64,000 nucleotides of DNA from Candidatus Thorarchaeota archaeon. GTDB lineage: Archaea > Asgardarchaeota > Thorarchaeia > Thorarchaeales > Thorarchaeaceae. Location of the stretch: contig DXJO01000018.1 in NCBI GenBank assembly GCA_019057475.1, forward strand, positions 66,348-130,347, written 5' to 3'. Positions within the stretch are counted from its first letter, which is position 1, and each line of letters begins with the position of its first letter. The translations under genes and the position numbers were made by a program. The notes under the pieces were generated by a model. It did not search any database. It worked only from the letters and a program-made list of their open reading frames with translations, and was not told the origin of the DNA. Shown piece after piece: positions 63,374 through 64,000 of the stretch.

Positions 63374-64000
63374 GATGCACGACAGGGACTCTACCGATAT
63401 TAAGAGAACGGTCGATGTAGTTCGAAACTTTGCCTGCTGAGCAATTGATACTACACCCCCAATGCATATATTAACTAATATTAACGAATACTCATTAAGC
63501 GTCGGTTTCGACATTCAACGATTGCTTGAATTCCCACGACAGCCATATCTTCCTGAGATATGGAGACTAACCCCAATCCCTTGATTCCTGCCGACGCAAT
63601 CTCTCTCCTCCTTACTGAAAAACAGTGAGGCGATCGGTGGCTCTTTCACCGGGTCACCACCGCCTTCACGCGCATTCCAATGGTCGGAATTGGAACCTTC
63701 TTTCTACGATTTCGATGGCTACGCGTGGGGGTTTTTTCTCTCGTTGTCTTCTGAGCTGCTGGAACCGTGAATCGTCAACAAATTAGTTCGCAAAGGGCAA
63801 AATTCGCGTGTTTGCTAGTCACAAGATGTGACTCTATTCTGTGACCCTCAGATGTGGCTCCGCATTATATACTGATTCCGAGTGTTATTCCTTGTGAAAT
63901 ATGATGGCTCTGGCAACAAACAACCGGAACTCGTCTGTGCTGAAGAACAAGACCGTGGTCAAGACTCAGTCAACTGATGCTCTTAGCTACGCCTACATGA

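Overview
Archaeal chromosome segment. Gene content (multi-PAS kinase, large FtsX permease, archaeal TyrRS, AcdA, SNJ2-like integrase) is most consistent with an Asgard/Thorarchaeia-like host, which is inference only. 1-9.3 kb is a host redox/iron cluster (trxB, glutaredoxin, PAS kinase, two ferritin-like proteins, a second TrxB-like enzyme, thioredoxin) interrupted by an AT-rich SDR islet. About 9.41-42.52 kb is a ~33 kb integrated element bounded by a 10-bp direct repeat (TACAATGAAC). It has a tyrosine integrase at the right end, a P4/D5-type SF3 helicase module at the left end, and no recognisable capsid or conjugation genes. Its cargo is mostly defence-type modules: AbiTii, a wHTH-triad/PLD module, several PD-(D/E)xK nucleases, a TM+TPR pair, McrBC with a methyltransferase, and TcmP with a radical SAM enzyme. 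The most striking structure is in the right half of the cargo. There, gene cassettes alternate with four copies of one junction made of the 3' ends of two convergent genes, and two cassettes carry 30-44 bp direct repeats from that junction, suggesting a cassette-accretion hotspot. 42.7-64 kb is host housekeeping (ABC transporter, AcdA, PIN protein, PPP phosphatase, UbiA/PHP/flippase operon, tyrS, zincin). All family assignments come from motif recognition; no database searches were run.
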